IMG/VR virus record: IMGVR_UViG_3300030613_000008
Coordinates: 29,508-93,507 of that record
DNA length: 64,000 nt
From: a virus
Lineage: Duplodnaviria > Caudoviricetes
Strand: one strand, 5' to 3'
Shown here in pieces: positions 1 to 10,116 of the stretch. The notes under the pieces are model-generated. The model saw nothing but the letters and a program-made list of their open reading frames with translations, was not told where the DNA came from and ran no database searches. Every line of letters begins with the position of its first letter. Position 1 is the stretch's first letter. Both the position numbers and the translations under genes were made by a program.

Positions 1-363
1 GGTGACTGGCCGCGCCAGTGGCACAGCCGGTCCGCCATCCTGGTTAAAGAGACCATCAAGAAGAACTGGGCGTGGGTCAAGCACTCGAAGAACACCACGA
101 CCATGCGGCAGTCGGCGGGGCGGCAGGCGAATCAGTATCTTCGCACGACCCCGGCCGAAGCCTTCGAAATCAGCACCGGAGCGGAAGACCCGGCCATCCC
201 GGCGGGCGAGCCGCTGCGCTACTGTGACACGAGCGACGCGCTGAACCCCATCGAGGTGCGGCGCGCTGGGGAGTTCCACGCGACAGTGGGACTCGGGTTC
301 TGTGACGATGCCAAGTGGACGACCATCACCATCACTCGCACGACAGTTGCGAGCGCTAGCTAA
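1..363 (+). CDS. Contractile tail sheath protein, C-terminal part (runs off window start)
   Basis: Frame open from base 1: ...WHSRSAILVKETIKKNWAWVKHSKN...YCDTSDALNPIEVRRAGEFHATVGLG; resembles sheath C-termini; precedes the tube gene. Confidence 0.75.
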   Translation, partial: GDWPRQWHSRSAILVKETIKKNWAWVKHSKNTTTMRQSAGRQANQYLRTTPAEAFEISTGAEDPAIPAGEPLRYCDTSDALNPIEVRRAGEFHATVGLGFCDDAKWTTITITRTTVASAS

Positions 364-382
364 GGGATAGGAGGGTCATAAC

Positions 383-838
383 ATGGCCGACCCGAAATCG
401 TTTTTCGATCCGTTCAACTGGCGTCTAGAAGGTGGCGGTGGTGAGGTCATCGGCTGGGCTTGGGAGGCCGGGCCGTTCAAGCTGACCACGGCGACCACGG
501 AAATCCCGGCGGGAGCGGGCGAGCTTCGCGACGTGCCGGGAACCACGAAGATGGCGCAGATCGTCGTGACGGCTCCGCTGTCGACGAACCTGTCGCTGTA
601 CAACCGCTTCAAGGCGCAGCACGACGCGAGCACGGGCAAGGGCGTATCCGAGCCCGACGTCTACGAGGACATCGATTTCGTCCAGATCGACCGCGACGGT
701 GACGAGTTGGAGCGCATCCGCGTGTACGACTGCGTGGCCATCGATTACGAGATGGACAACTTCAACAAGAAGTCGAACGACAAGCGCACCGAGAAGCTGA
801 CGCTTGCCGGGAGACGGTTCGAGCGCATTCCGGCGTGA
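383..838 (+). CDS. Tail tube protein (T4 gp19-like)
   Basis: 151 aa, RBS GGAGG; MADP..F..FNWRLE start and C-terminal EKLTLAGRRFER; directly after sheath. Confidence 0.75.
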   Translation: MADPKSFFDPFNWRLEGGGGEVIGWAWEAGPFKLTTATTEIPAGAGELRDVPGTTKMAQIVVTAPLSTNLSLYNRFKAQHDASTGKGVSEPDVYEDIDFVQIDRDGDELERIRVYDCVAIDYEMDNFNKKSNDKRTEKLTLAGRRFERIPA

Positions 839-890
839 TGACTGACCGTCCTTCTCCGAGGGGATCGAAGAGGGCAGGAGGGACAATCTG

Positions 891-1817
891 ATGAACCCGC
901 AAACCTTTCCGTTCAAGGTGACTCTCGACAATGGCGACGTCGTGTTGTCGGTGACGCTCCGGCGTCCTACCATCGATGACCAGTTTGCGTTTCGCGCTGC
1001 ATTCAGCGAAGGGCTCGGCAAGGCCATCACCGGCATTCTGACCGCGTGTACGGTGTCCGTGGAAGACCCCGGCCCGTGGATGGTGAAGTCTAGCGCAGAG
1101 GGCAAGGAGACAGCCTGTGGCATCGATTGGGAGCGCGTGACCTCCGGGCTCCGCATGTGGGCGATGCTCACCCTGCGAATCAAGGGCAAGGAAGGCGGGC
1201 ACCTGATACCCGTCGAGTTGCTTTGCCCCATGTGCAAGCGCGGCGAAGACGAGTTCTCAGTGGACGTGGACGCGCGACCTATCGAAGAGGGCGGCGAGTT
1301 GCTGTGGTTCGAGCCCGAAGACGGCGTGGCGGTCATTGATTCCATCGTCACGGGTGCGCCGCTGTCGGCTGAAATCGGTGGCATCCCCATCAAGGTCAAG
1401 CCGCCAAGCGGAACGACGGAGTTGAAACTCCAGGCCGCGTCCGAGGCGTTGCACAAGTCGCGCGGAAAGGGCGAGGACGTCAACGAGATGTCCATCCAGA
1501 ACGACGTGGCGTTGCGCGGTCGTGCGTTGCAGCTCGCGGCCGTAAACACCGAGCCGCCGGTCCACCCGAACGACCTTGGCCGATGGGTCAAGGCGTTGCC
1601 GGAAGACCTGTACGACGAGCTTGAGGCGGCTATCGAGGCGAGCGACTGGGGTGTCGAGTTGTCGTTTGCGGCGAAGTGCCCACGCGGTCACTCGGTAGCA
1701 GGCGAAGTCCCTTTCGTCTACCTGTTTGGACGGCCGAACACGGCCATGAAGTCGCTGCGCGACCGGCAGCGGGAGAGGGCGAAGGCGAAGAAGAATCGCC
1801 CTGCGTCCCCGGCATGA
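891..1817 (+). CDS. Tail assembly chaperone / baseplate-hub assembly protein with Zn-binding motifs
   Basis: Between tube and tape measure; CPMC and CPRGH motifs; RBS AGGAGG. Confidence 0.55.
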   Translation: MNPQTFPFKVTLDNGDVVLSVTLRRPTIDDQFAFRAAFSEGLGKAITGILTACTVSVEDPGPWMVKSSAEGKETACGIDWERVTSGLRMWAMLTLRIKGKEGGHLIPVELLCPMCKRGEDEFSVDVDARPIEEGGELLWFEPEDGVAVIDSIVTGAPLSAEIGGIPIKVKPPSGTTELKLQAASEALHKSRGKGEDVNEMSIQNDVALRGRALQLAAVNTEPPVHPNDLGRWVKALPEDLYDELEAAIEASDWGVELSFAAKCPRGHSVAGEVPFVYLFGRPNTAMKSLRDRQRERAKAKKNRPASPA

Positions 1818-2095
1818 TGATACCGACGACACACGGCAGCGCAGACCGCCGCGCCGTTGTCGTCGCATGTGGACCTCTGTTTCAGATTCTCGGCGAGTCG
1901 CTAGAGCGCAAGGTGCGCTTCCGGCTGTCGTATCGGTCGGGCATCTCCGGCGGAATTATGGACTACGACAAGACGGGGGAGATGCCGGTGGGGGAAGCCC
2001 TGGCCCTGTGCGAGATGACGAGCGAGCGCGAGGTTGAGGATTACCAGGCGCTCAAGAATTGCGTGCGGCTCGGCATGTGGGGGAAGGGCGACTAG
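1814..2095 (+). CDS. Small pre-tape-measure ORF (second chaperone part; possibly reached by -1 frameshift)
   Basis: ATGA overlap at 1814; its frame is open back to 1676 across CCCTTTC at 1709-1715. Confidence 0.55.
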   Translation: MMIPTTHGSADRRAVVVACGPLFQILGESLERKVRFRLSYRSGISGGIMDYDKTGEMPVGEALALCEMTSEREVEDYQALKNCVRLGMWGKGD

Positions 2096-2097
2096 CC

Positions 2098-4626
2098 ATG
2101 CGGACCATCTTCGACATCATAGCGCGCGACAACGCCAGCGGGACGCTGAACAAAGTGGACCGCTCCATGAAGAACCTGGGAAACAGCGCGCGGACTACCG
2201 AGAAAAGCATGGCGCGCGGTTCCGGTGCTGGCGCGGGTGGTACGTTCGGTGCTGGTTCCGGCGGTCCGTTCGCCAAGATGCTGACCGGCGGGGCCATGAT
2301 GGTGGCAGGCGACAAGATGATGGACTTCTCCATCAACGTCGCCCGTAGTTCTCGGACGATGGAGGGTGCGATCGGCACGATGAAAGCCTACGGTGCGTCG
2401 ACCGAAGACCTAGCGCGGGCGCAAGACGCGGCGTTTAAGTCCGGGTTCAACATGGACCGGCAGGCGGAAGCGCTCAAGTCGTTCACCACAGAGGGGTTCA
2501 ACGCGGCCGATTCCGCGAAGATGCTCGGGCCTGCCATGCAAATGATGAAGTTCGGGCAGATGTCCGCTACAGAATCTTCCGGGTTCCTCGCCGACACGCT
2601 TGACCAATTCAGCCTCTCGGCAGGGCGCGGGCAGGATGTCACAAACAAGATGGCGAAGGCCATGCAGATGTTCGGCATCCAAGGTCCGGAGATGGTGTCC
2701 ATGTTCCGTGGCGCGGCGTCTGGCGCGAACCTTGCCGGGGCTGGTTTCGAGGATGTGTTGCTCACCACGGGCATGATAAAGAAGGTGTTGCCGGATGCTG
2801 GGAAGGCGGCGATGGCGGCGAACCAAGCGTTCATGCAACTCGCCGACGAGAACGTGAGGAAGGAACTTCACGGCCAGGGTGTGGAGGTTCTCGACTCAAA
2901 CAAGAAATTCCGTTCCCTCACGGACATCCTCGCCGACCTGATAACGCAGACGGACGGCATGACGGAATCGCAGCGGGCGTCTGAACTGGCGTCCATCTTC
3001 TCGAAGCGTTCGGCCGGTGGGTTGAGCGTCATCATGAAGCAGTTGACTGAAGGTGTGACCGACGCGGAAGGCAAGATGTACAAGGGCGCGGACGCGGCGC
3101 GCTACCTCGCTTCGCAGATGGCGGACTCCGGCGACGCGGCCAAGGTCATGTACGACGCCATGATGAACACGACCACGGGCGCAGACGAAGAGTTTGCAAA
3201 CGCAAAGACGAGGATGAACGCGACGTTCGGCAGCGCCACCCAAGGCATCTACATCAAGGCCATGCGGGCGCTCGCGGGAGGTGTGAACGCCACGGCCGAT
3301 GCGATGAATTCACTCCCGCCCATCGCGCGCACCATCGTTGTCGGGCTGACCGGCGTCACGGGCGTTTTCATCAAGGCGCTTGGCGCGTGCATCCTTCTCG
3401 GCGGTGCCATGCGAATGCTCGGCATTACGTTTCGAGGGTTGCTGTTGACGGTGGGCAAGGTGCTTCTCGTGGGCGTGCCGTTGCTCGGGTTGTTTGGTGC
3501 TCTCGCCGTTGGGTTCTACGGGATGCACCGTGCGGCTGAAAAGAACATCGGAGGGACCGGTGGTTTCTTCACTGGCCTGTGGTCGAAAATCAAGCTCGGG
3601 TTCAAGGGCACGCTGGACCTCATCTCGGGCGGCGGGTTGAGCGAGGCGGTTAAAGGCGAGTTGCAGAAGACGGAGAACTCGGGCGTGGCGAAGTTTCTCG
3701 TGTGGGTGACGGGTGCCATCGGACGCGCCAAGGCGTTCTTCGGCGGCATGGTTGCGGGGTTCGACGCTGGGCTGGCGAAATTGAGCGGACCATTCGAGAG
3801 ATTCAAGACGACGCTCATGGGCATCTTCGGGTTCAGCAACACGAGCGACCCGGCAAAACAGATGGACGAATGGCGGAAATCAGGGGCAAGCCTTGGAGAA
3901 AAGTTCGCCGAGTTGTCAGCGAAGGTGCTTGATTTTGCCGGTGGCGCGTTGACGTCGTTGAAGGGGTTGTTCAACGACATTTCGCTCAAGGACGTTGAGA
4001 CGGGATTGAAAGGAATTCTGACTGTTTTCAACGCCATGGCGAAGGTTGTCCAGTGGATAGCGGATGCGTTCACGACTATCGTCGACATGAAAAATGCGGC
4101 GTTTACGCTCGGGAAGGGTGCCGAAAACATGAGCGCCGCCGAGATGCTTGGAGTGACGCGCGGGGCTGGCGGAACGCAGGCGAGAAAAAATCTTGCTGGT
4201 CAATTCGAGAACGTCGACAGAGCCGTACAAGAAGGAAAGTACGATAAAGCATTCGGGCAGCAAGTGAAGATTGGACTCTACAAGCGGATGGCTGGTGTCG
4301 CAACAATCGGGAACATGGAAACAATCAGGAGCATCATGGATACCCTCAGTGCTCCGAGTAGAAAAATAGCATCCGCAATTGGATACACGCACGGGGTAGA
4401 AGGTCTTGGCAGAAGAGGAGACCACGGCGTTGCGCAGCGTGAGCAAAACAGAATGACAGACGCCTTGAACGGACTCGCGAAGAGCATCGACAAGGGATTT
4501 TCCATAAGCGTCGATAGCCAGACGTTTGGCAAGGCCGTGTCCAATGTCAGCAGCGAATCCGGCGACCGCAACTACGAAGAGGACTGGGGCGCTACACCGA
4601 CCGACCCGGTTTCGGTTTGGAGATAG
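2098..4626 (+). CDS. Tail tape measure protein (TP901-like)
   Basis: IIARDNASGTL start, Ala/Gly-rich helical body, GVEVLDSNKKFRSLTDIL motif, central hydrophobic stretch. Confidence 0.9.
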   Translation: MRTIFDIIARDNASGTLNKVDRSMKNLGNSARTTEKSMARGSGAGAGGTFGAGSGGPFAKMLTGGAMMVAGDKMMDFSINVARSSRTMEGAIGTMKAYGASTEDLARAQDAAFKSGFNMDRQAEALKSFTTEGFNAADSAKMLGPAMQMMKFGQMSATESSGFLADTLDQFSLSAGRGQDVTNKMAKAMQMFGIQGPEMVSMFRGAASGANLAGAGFEDVLLTTGMIKKVLPDAGKAAMAANQAFMQLADENVRKELHGQGVEVLDSNKKFRSLTDILADLITQTDGMTESQRASELASIFSKRSAGGLSVIMKQLTEGVTDAEGKMYKGADAARYLASQMADSGDAAKVMYDAMMNTTTGADEEFANAKTRMNATFGSATQGIYIKAMRALAGGVNATADAMNSLPPIARTIVVGLTGVTGVFIKALGACILLGGAMRMLGITFRGLLLTVGKVLLVGVPLLGLFGALAVGFYGMHRAAEKNIGGTGGFFTGLWSKIKLGFKGTLDLISGGGLSEAVKGELQKTENSGVAKFLVWVTGAIGRAKAFFGGMVAGFDAGLAKLSGPFERFKTTLMGIFGFSNTSDPAKQMDEWRKSGASLGEKFAELSAKVLDFAGGALTSLKGLFNDISLKDVETGLKGILTVFNAMAKVVQWIADAFTTIVDMKNAAFTLGKGAENMSAAEMLGVTRGAGGTQARKNLAGQFENVDRAVQEGKYDKAFGQQVKIGLYKRMAGVATIGNMETIRSIMDTLSAPSRKIASAIGYTHGVEGLGRRGDHGVAQREQNRMTDALNGLAKSIDKGFSISVDSQTFGKAVSNVSSESGDRNYEEDWGATPTDPVSVWR

Positions 4627-4629
4627 ACC

Positions 4630-5154
4630 ATGCCGATAGCAGCCGACGACGAACGCAGCGAATTGGTCAACCTCGAAACGATGGACAGCATTTCGTTTCC
4701 GCTGACTCCCCATGTCATCTCGCCGAGTGTCAACGTGAACTACAACGACCAGGGAGGTATCGGCGCAAGCTCGGTCAATCAGGTCTATAGCAACACGAGT
4801 GCGGAAGAAATCACGGTCGAGTTTCCGTACTACCGCGTGGGGTTGGCGAACGCGGGCGCGTTGTCCGTCGAGACGGCGACCGCCGCGATGGACTATCACC
4901 GGGATTTCGTACGCTCACTCACGTTGCCTGGCACGCGCTCGGACGGGTTGAGTAAGGGCGCTCCCCCCTTGTGCCTTCTCACGATACCGGGGCACCTCGT
5001 TTGGAAGTGCCGCGTGCGGTCGTTCAAGTACGACAAGCGCATCGGCCAAGACGGCAAGGCCATGGAACTGAAATTGAACATCACGTTCCGCGAGGAGTGG
5101 ACCATGTCGCTGTCGAGCGAGGACATCTTGGAGAAGGGCTACAACCGTGGCTGA
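4630..5154 (+). CDS. Tail tube initiator / baseplate-proximal tail protein
   Basis: Follows tape measure; GAPPLCLL..PG and LNITFRE motifs. Confidence 0.6.
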   Translation: MPIAADDERSELVNLETMDSISFPLTPHVISPSVNVNYNDQGGIGASSVNQVYSNTSAEEITVEFPYYRVGLANAGALSVETATAAMDYHRDFVRSLTLPGTRSDGLSKGAPPLCLLTIPGHLVWKCRVRSFKYDKRIGQDGKAMELKLNITFREEWTMSLSSEDILEKGYNRG

Positions 5155-5491
5155 GAACGTCAAAACCTACAGCCGGTTTCGCAGTTGCTTCGAGACGACC
5201 GACGATGACGGCGTGCTGTTCACGGTGGATGATACGCCGTACCCCTACACGGACCTCGCGGACAACTCGACCTACGAGGTGAAGGACGGCGACACGTGGT
5301 GGTCCATCGCGGACGAAGTTTTCGCACCTCTCGACTACTCGTTTCAACTTTGGTGGGTCATCATGGACTTCCAGCCGGAGCCGTACCTTGACCCAACGGT
5401 CATGCCAGCGGCGGGCACGGTGCTGTACATCCCGAGCGTCAAGACAGTCACGGGCAAGATTCTCAGTCCCGAGCGCAGGCGGTATTCGTAA
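5147..5491 (+). CDS. LysM-domain baseplate wedge protein (gpX/gp53-like)
   Basis: YEVKDGDTWWSIA...LWWVI...GTVLYIPS. Confidence 0.85.
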   Translation: MAENVKTYSRFRSCFETTDDDGVLFTVDDTPYPYTDLADNSTYEVKDGDTWWSIADEVFAPLDYSFQLWWVIMDFQPEPYLDPTVMPAAGTVLYIPSVKTVTGKILSPERRRYS

Positions 5492-6861
5492 TGGCGACAC
5501 TTGGAGGACCGGCGCTGTGGGTTGAACTCATCCAATCGGATGAGGGCGACCGCGTCATCGAAATCCCGGTGAACGCGCTGGCGTCTTTCGAGTTCACGGA
5601 CACGGACGAAGGAACCGACGTCGCGAAGTTGTCGCTCCGCAACGATGACATGAGGTGGTACGACGAAGAGGCGTTCCGCGCCGGGCAGAAAATCAATCTC
5701 ACCTGGGGTTGGGAATCCGGCATGTGTACGCCTCGCCGCATGGTCGTCAAGAAACCTTCGCAGGGGTCCAACCCCATCACCATCACCATGCACGACGAAG
5801 GCGCGCTGCTCGACATCGTTCCGAAGAAACGACACTGGTCGGGCATGACGGACGGGCAGATAGCGTCCGCAGTCGCCGACGAAAACGGGTACTCTGGAAT
5901 CCTTCAAGACATCTCGATAACGACCGCCGTTCGAGAGGGAACAACGCAGGTAGGGACGGACGCGGCATTCCTCACGACGCTCGCTCGGCGCAACGGGTTC
6001 AAATGGTGGGTGGACGGTACGGGTCTGCATTGGGGAAACCGCCCGACGGGTGCAACGCCGTCTGCGTTCTTCATCTATCGCAACGACCTGAGCGGGAACG
6101 TGTTGTCACAACCCGAGATCGAAGCGAACCTTTCGAAGGACGTTGCCAAGGTCAAGGTCGTGGCAATCGACCCGCTCACGCGCAAGGAAGTCACGGCGAC
6201 GGTCGGTGTTGACGAGGGTGACGAGACGCTTGGAGACTACGTCAACAACATCATTTCACTAGGCAACGAAGACGAGGTGAGCAACCCGGACTCACCCGAC
6301 GGTGCGCGGTCGGCTCGCGTGTCTCGCGCTATCGAATTCAACCTTGGGTCCGCAACCGAAGAGGAAGTGGCCACCGAGGCGGAGCGCATCTACCGCGAGA
6401 CGGCGATGAACCGCTACAAGATGTCCACCTCGGTGCTCGGCGACGTCGCGCTAGGTGCGAAGCAGCTTCACCACTGGACCATGCCAAGCGAGACGATGAC
6501 GGGCCTCTGGTACTGCAAGAAAGCCATCACTAGTATCGAGCCGGGCAAGTACACGATCGGCCTGCACTACGTGAAGGACGCGCTCGGCAAGTTGTTCCTG
6601 TCGAAGATTCATCCGGTGTCGCGAAAGAAGAACGAACTGGACGAAAACGGAGTGCCCATTGACACGACAGGGTTGACGAAGACACCGACTATCACGGAGG
6701 AGAACGGCAAGGAAGTTGTGGCGTGGCACTACGTCGATGCAAACAAGAACACCGTAGGCAAGGCGCAGAAGATGAGCGCGGAAGAGTTCGGGGCGCTTCC
6801 TGCGTCCGAGCGTTTGTCGCTGTCGACTGCAAGCGCCGGAACCATATTGCCGGGCAAATGA
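5491..6861 (+). CDS. Baseplate hub / late control D-like protein
   Basis: 456 aa; GQKINLTWGW, TDGQIASAVA, QVGTDAAFLTTLARRNGF. Confidence 0.8.
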   Translation: MATLGGPALWVELIQSDEGDRVIEIPVNALASFEFTDTDEGTDVAKLSLRNDDMRWYDEEAFRAGQKINLTWGWESGMCTPRRMVVKKPSQGSNPITITMHDEGALLDIVPKKRHWSGMTDGQIASAVADENGYSGILQDISITTAVREGTTQVGTDAAFLTTLARRNGFKWWVDGTGLHWGNRPTGATPSAFFIYRNDLSGNVLSQPEIEANLSKDVAKVKVVAIDPLTRKEVTATVGVDEGDETLGDYVNNIISLGNEDEVSNPDSPDGARSARVSRAIEFNLGSATEEEVATEAERIYRETAMNRYKMSTSVLGDVALGAKQLHHWTMPSETMTGLWYCKKAITSIEPGKYTIGLHYVKDALGKLFLSKIHPVSRKKNELDENGVPIDTTGLTKTPTITEENGKEVVAWHYVDANKNTVGKAQKMSAEEFGALPASERLSLSTASAGTILPGK

Positions 6862-6862
6862 C

Positions 6863-7417
6863 ATGAGCGACGCACTTCACGGAACCTACGAGGGATTCGT
6901 CATCAAGCGCGAGGAGGGCGACGCGGCGACGGATACACCGCTCGGACGTATCAAGATTCGCATCCCCGGCATGATGGAAGAGACGTCGTGGGCCTACCCG
7001 AGCGGATGGGGGAAGAACCAAAACGGGCCGGTGCCGCAACTCGGCGACATGGTAGAAGTGTTCTTCATCGCAGGGCGGCGAGACTCCCCACGGTGGCGGC
7101 CGTCGCATCCGGGACAGGGTGAGACGTTCCCCGAATTCGTTCACCCGGACGTCGCGGTGTGGGGAGACGACAACCTTCGAATCATCCGTGACCCGCGAGA
7201 CGGGCAGAAGTACACGTGCATCCGCGCGATGGAGAAGGTGAACGGCGTTGACGACGTGCTAGTTGAAATCTTCATCTCGCATGAAGGGCGAGCGCTTCGA
7301 ATCTACGGAGGTGCCGGAGTCAAGATGGAGAGCGAAGGGCAGTTGACAATCGAATCGAGCGGCGACGTTGACGTGCAAGGCCGGAAGGTCTTGCCGCGCA
7401 ATAAGCCGCTGGCGTGA
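6863..7417 (+). CDS. Baseplate spike protein (gpV/gp5 N-terminal OB fold)
   Basis: LGRIKIRIPG...WAYP...PQLGDMVEVFF.AG...PRW. Confidence 0.8.
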   Translation: MSDALHGTYEGFVIKREEGDAATDTPLGRIKIRIPGMMEETSWAYPSGWGKNQNGPVPQLGDMVEVFFIAGRRDSPRWRPSHPGQGETFPEFVHPDVAVWGDDNLRIIRDPRDGQKYTCIRAMEKVNGVDDVLVEIFISHEGRALRIYGGAGVKMESEGQLTIESSGDVDVQGRKVLPRNKPLA

Positions 7418-7427
7418 GGGTAGCAAC

Positions 7428-8216
7428 GTGGCAGCGCCGAATGTATGGAAGCCGGTCAACGATTTGGTGTGCCCGTTCCTGACTCCGGTCGGGAGCATCG
7501 ATGACATCTGCTTTCCCGGCGGCCTATGTCTGTCCGCGATTCGACCTCCAGACGATTACCCGCGCATCTCCGACCTGGTCATGGCGCAACTCGCGCAAAT
7601 CGGCCCGGCGATGGCACCGCTCAAGCCGTTTTTCGACGTGCTCGACACGGCTCTGGCCATCTTCAAGTGCATCGAGGCGATACCAGATTGCATCACGAAA
7701 CTGGACCCGAGCGGACTCATCAATTGCGTGCCGGACCTCGTAGAGAAAATCAATCAGTTGCTCTCGCTGATACCGCAGTTGACGATACCGCGCCTCATCA
7801 TTCAGTTGATTCGCAACCTCGCGGCGTTCCTGCGGTCGCTCGCCGATGACCTGGACTACCTAAAGCAACGACTCGCGAGGGTGGCGCAGGCTATCAGCCG
7901 CGCGGCAGACCTCAACGACGTGACGTGGGGTGGGTTCCTGCAATGCGCCGAGCAAACGGTGGCGGACGAAATGGACGCGCTGGCGCAGGCGTTGCAGATG
8001 CTAGGCCGTATCATCCTTCTCGCGAACATCATGCTGTCGCTGATTTCCGGTGCGCCTGAGATTCCGTGTTTTGGTACAATGATGCAAGACATAGCCGTGC
8101 TAGACGATGTCATCGCGGCGATTCGCGCGCTTGCCGCGTTACTCGAAGAGTTGGCGAACAAGATACCCGACCCGGAGATGGCGATAACGTTGCTTCTCAA
8201 GGGCGAGAAGTGTTGA
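7428..8216 (+). CDS. Alpha-helical, Cys-containing baseplate-region protein, function unknown
   Basis: GTG start after GAGG; fills the spike-gp25 gap. Confidence 0.6.
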   Translation: MAAPNVWKPVNDLVCPFLTPVGSIDDICFPGGLCLSAIRPPDDYPRISDLVMAQLAQIGPAMAPLKPFFDVLDTALAIFKCIEAIPDCITKLDPSGLINCVPDLVEKINQLLSLIPQLTIPRLIIQLIRNLAAFLRSLADDLDYLKQRLARVAQAISRAADLNDVTWGGFLQCAEQTVADEMDALAQALQMLGRIILLANIMLSLISGAPEIPCFGTMMQDIAVLDDVIAAIRALAALLEELANKIPDPEMAITLLLKGEKC

Positions 8217-8223
8217 GGCCGGA

Positions 8224-8610
8224 ATGAGCGATGAAGAAGGACGGTTTGGAGTTGGGTTGGCGATGCCGTTTGGCTTTGCGTCCACCGACTTGAAGCAGGC
8301 GACCGGGACGCGATTGCTTGAGATGGACCTCACCTTGGAGGTCGGCACGAAGCGCGGGGAACTCCCATGGGACATGCACCGGGGCTCGCGCTTGCACTTG
8401 CTCAAGCACACGAAAGTAGGGAAAACGGCGCGCTCCGCGCTGGCCGGACACCTCGTGCAAGAGGCGCTTGTATTTGACAAGCGGATACGAGTTGGAGCAA
8501 CCGAGGCCACCGGAACAGGTGGTGAGTTGCAGGTATCGACGGCATACGCGGAGCGTCGGTACAATGGAAGCGGCGGCGAGGGGAGAATTGATTACGAGGT
8601 GCCCGCGTGA
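8224..8610 (+). CDS. Baseplate wedge protein (gp25/gpW-like)
   Basis: GVGLAMPF...T..GELPW...GSRL...EAL..FDKRIRV. Confidence 0.8.
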   Translation: MSDEEGRFGVGLAMPFGFASTDLKQATGTRLLEMDLTLEVGTKRGELPWDMHRGSRLHLLKHTKVGKTARSALAGHLVQEALVFDKRIRVGATEATGTGGELQVSTAYAERRYNGSGGEGRIDYEVPA

Positions 8611-10115
8611 CATTCGAGGCCGAAACCTACGATTACACGGGACGCGACCAGGCGGCGCTTGACGCTCGTCTTCAAAGTCTGTTTCTGTCCGTGTTCCCGA
8701 CGTGGACCGAGGTGACATCGCGCAACATGGCGAACGTCATTCGCAGCGGGTCGGCTTGGACCAGTTCCGTCAACGACTACTACATGACGCGCAAGGCGCG
8801 TGGTGCCTACGTCCCGACGGCGACAGAGCGACGGGACATGATAGCGTTGGGGAAGCGGCAGAGTTACGAGATGTCCGGGGCGCAGGCCGCGACGTGTGAT
8901 TTGACCGTGGCCTTGCTCAACGGGCCGCTCGCTGGCGACGTGACGTTCGCTATCGGCGACAAGGTGCAAACCGAGGACGTCGTCAACCCTGTCATCGGCG
9001 AAGTGCAAGCGACGGTCATCATGGCGGCGGGAGCTACCACGGCAACACTTTCGTGGCGACACTGCCAATCGAAAACGCAGACGTACACCGCGACCATCAA
9101 CGCCGGGCAAGAAGTCTACCTCTCGGACGGACCGTATCTCGAAGATTCCGTAGCGTTCTCGACTGGCCTTGGCGCGTGGACCGAAGTCGATTCACTCGCG
9201 CTGTCCGGCCCGACCGATCGTCACTTCGAGGTGCTTGTAGACCAGAACGACCGCGCAACTGTGCGGTTTGGCGACGGCGTCAACGGCGCGGTTCCCACCG
9301 GAACGTTCACCATCAACTACAAGACGGGCGGCGGGGCGTCCGGCAACGCGGCCGTGAACACCGTCAAGAAATTCGGGAAGACCTACGCTGATACGTTCGG
9401 CACGCAGGCGATCGTTTCTGTAACGAACGCAGCGGCGGCATCCGGAGGACTTGCGCGCGAGACGGTCAACGCAGCTCGCCAGCAAATCCCGCTGTCGAAC
9501 ACGGCCCCGCGAACGACGGTCACGAGGTCCGACTTTGAGGTGCACGCGCTCGAAGTGCCGTCCGTGGCTCGCGCGCTCATGCTGTCGAGTGACGAAGACC
9601 TCACCATCCCGGAAGAGGAAGGGCGTCTGTATGTCGTTCCGGCCGGTGGCGGCACGGCGAGCCAGGCACTTCTCGACGCAGTAGAAACGATGGTCACGGT
9701 CACCTACCCGATGCTCACTAACTACAGCGTGCTCATCTCGACTGCGAACTACCTCACGGTGGACGTGCGCGCGGTCATCTGGATAGCGGCGAACTACTCG
9801 GCGACGGCGGTCAAGACGGCCATCCTCGCGGCACTTGCGGCCTATTTCAATCCGCTGTCGACAGACGGCAGCGCGAATACGCTCATCGATTTCGGCTACA
9901 ACTACCGCGACGCCAACGACTTGCCGTGTGGCGAGATTGCGCTGTCGGACATCTTCAACCTCGTGAGGGACATCCCCGGTGTGCGGAAAATCGGCACGGG
10001 GCTCGACGACTTCACGCTGAACGGCGCGCACTCGGACCCGCCGATCTCCAACTGGCAATTTCCGGCATTGGGCTCCATTGTGCTGGTCAACGGCGCGACC
10101 GGAAACGTGATTTGA
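8607..10115 (+). CDS. Baseplate J / gp6-like wedge protein
   Basis: YDYTGRD, VRFGDGVNGAVP, YKTGGGASGN, RTTVTRSDFE. Confidence 0.9.
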   Translation: MTFEAETYDYTGRDQAALDARLQSLFLSVFPTWTEVTSRNMANVIRSGSAWTSSVNDYYMTRKARGAYVPTATERRDMIALGKRQSYEMSGAQAATCDLTVALLNGPLAGDVTFAIGDKVQTEDVVNPVIGEVQATVIMAAGATTATLSWRHCQSKTQTYTATINAGQEVYLSDGPYLEDSVAFSTGLGAWTEVDSLALSGPTDRHFEVLVDQNDRATVRFGDGVNGAVPTGTFTINYKTGGGASGNAAVNTVKKFGKTYADTFGTQAIVSVTNAAAASGGLARETVNAARQQIPLSNTAPRTTVTRSDFEVHALEVPSVARALMLSSDEDLTIPEEEGRLYVVPAGGGTASQALLDAVETMVTVTYPMLTNYSVLISTANYLTVDVRAVIWIAANYSATAVKTAILAALAAYFNPLSTDGSANTLIDFGYNYRDANDLPCGEIALSDIFNLVRDIPGVRKIGTGLDDFTLNGAHSDPPISNWQFPALGSIVLVNGATGNVI

Positions 10116-10116
10116 T

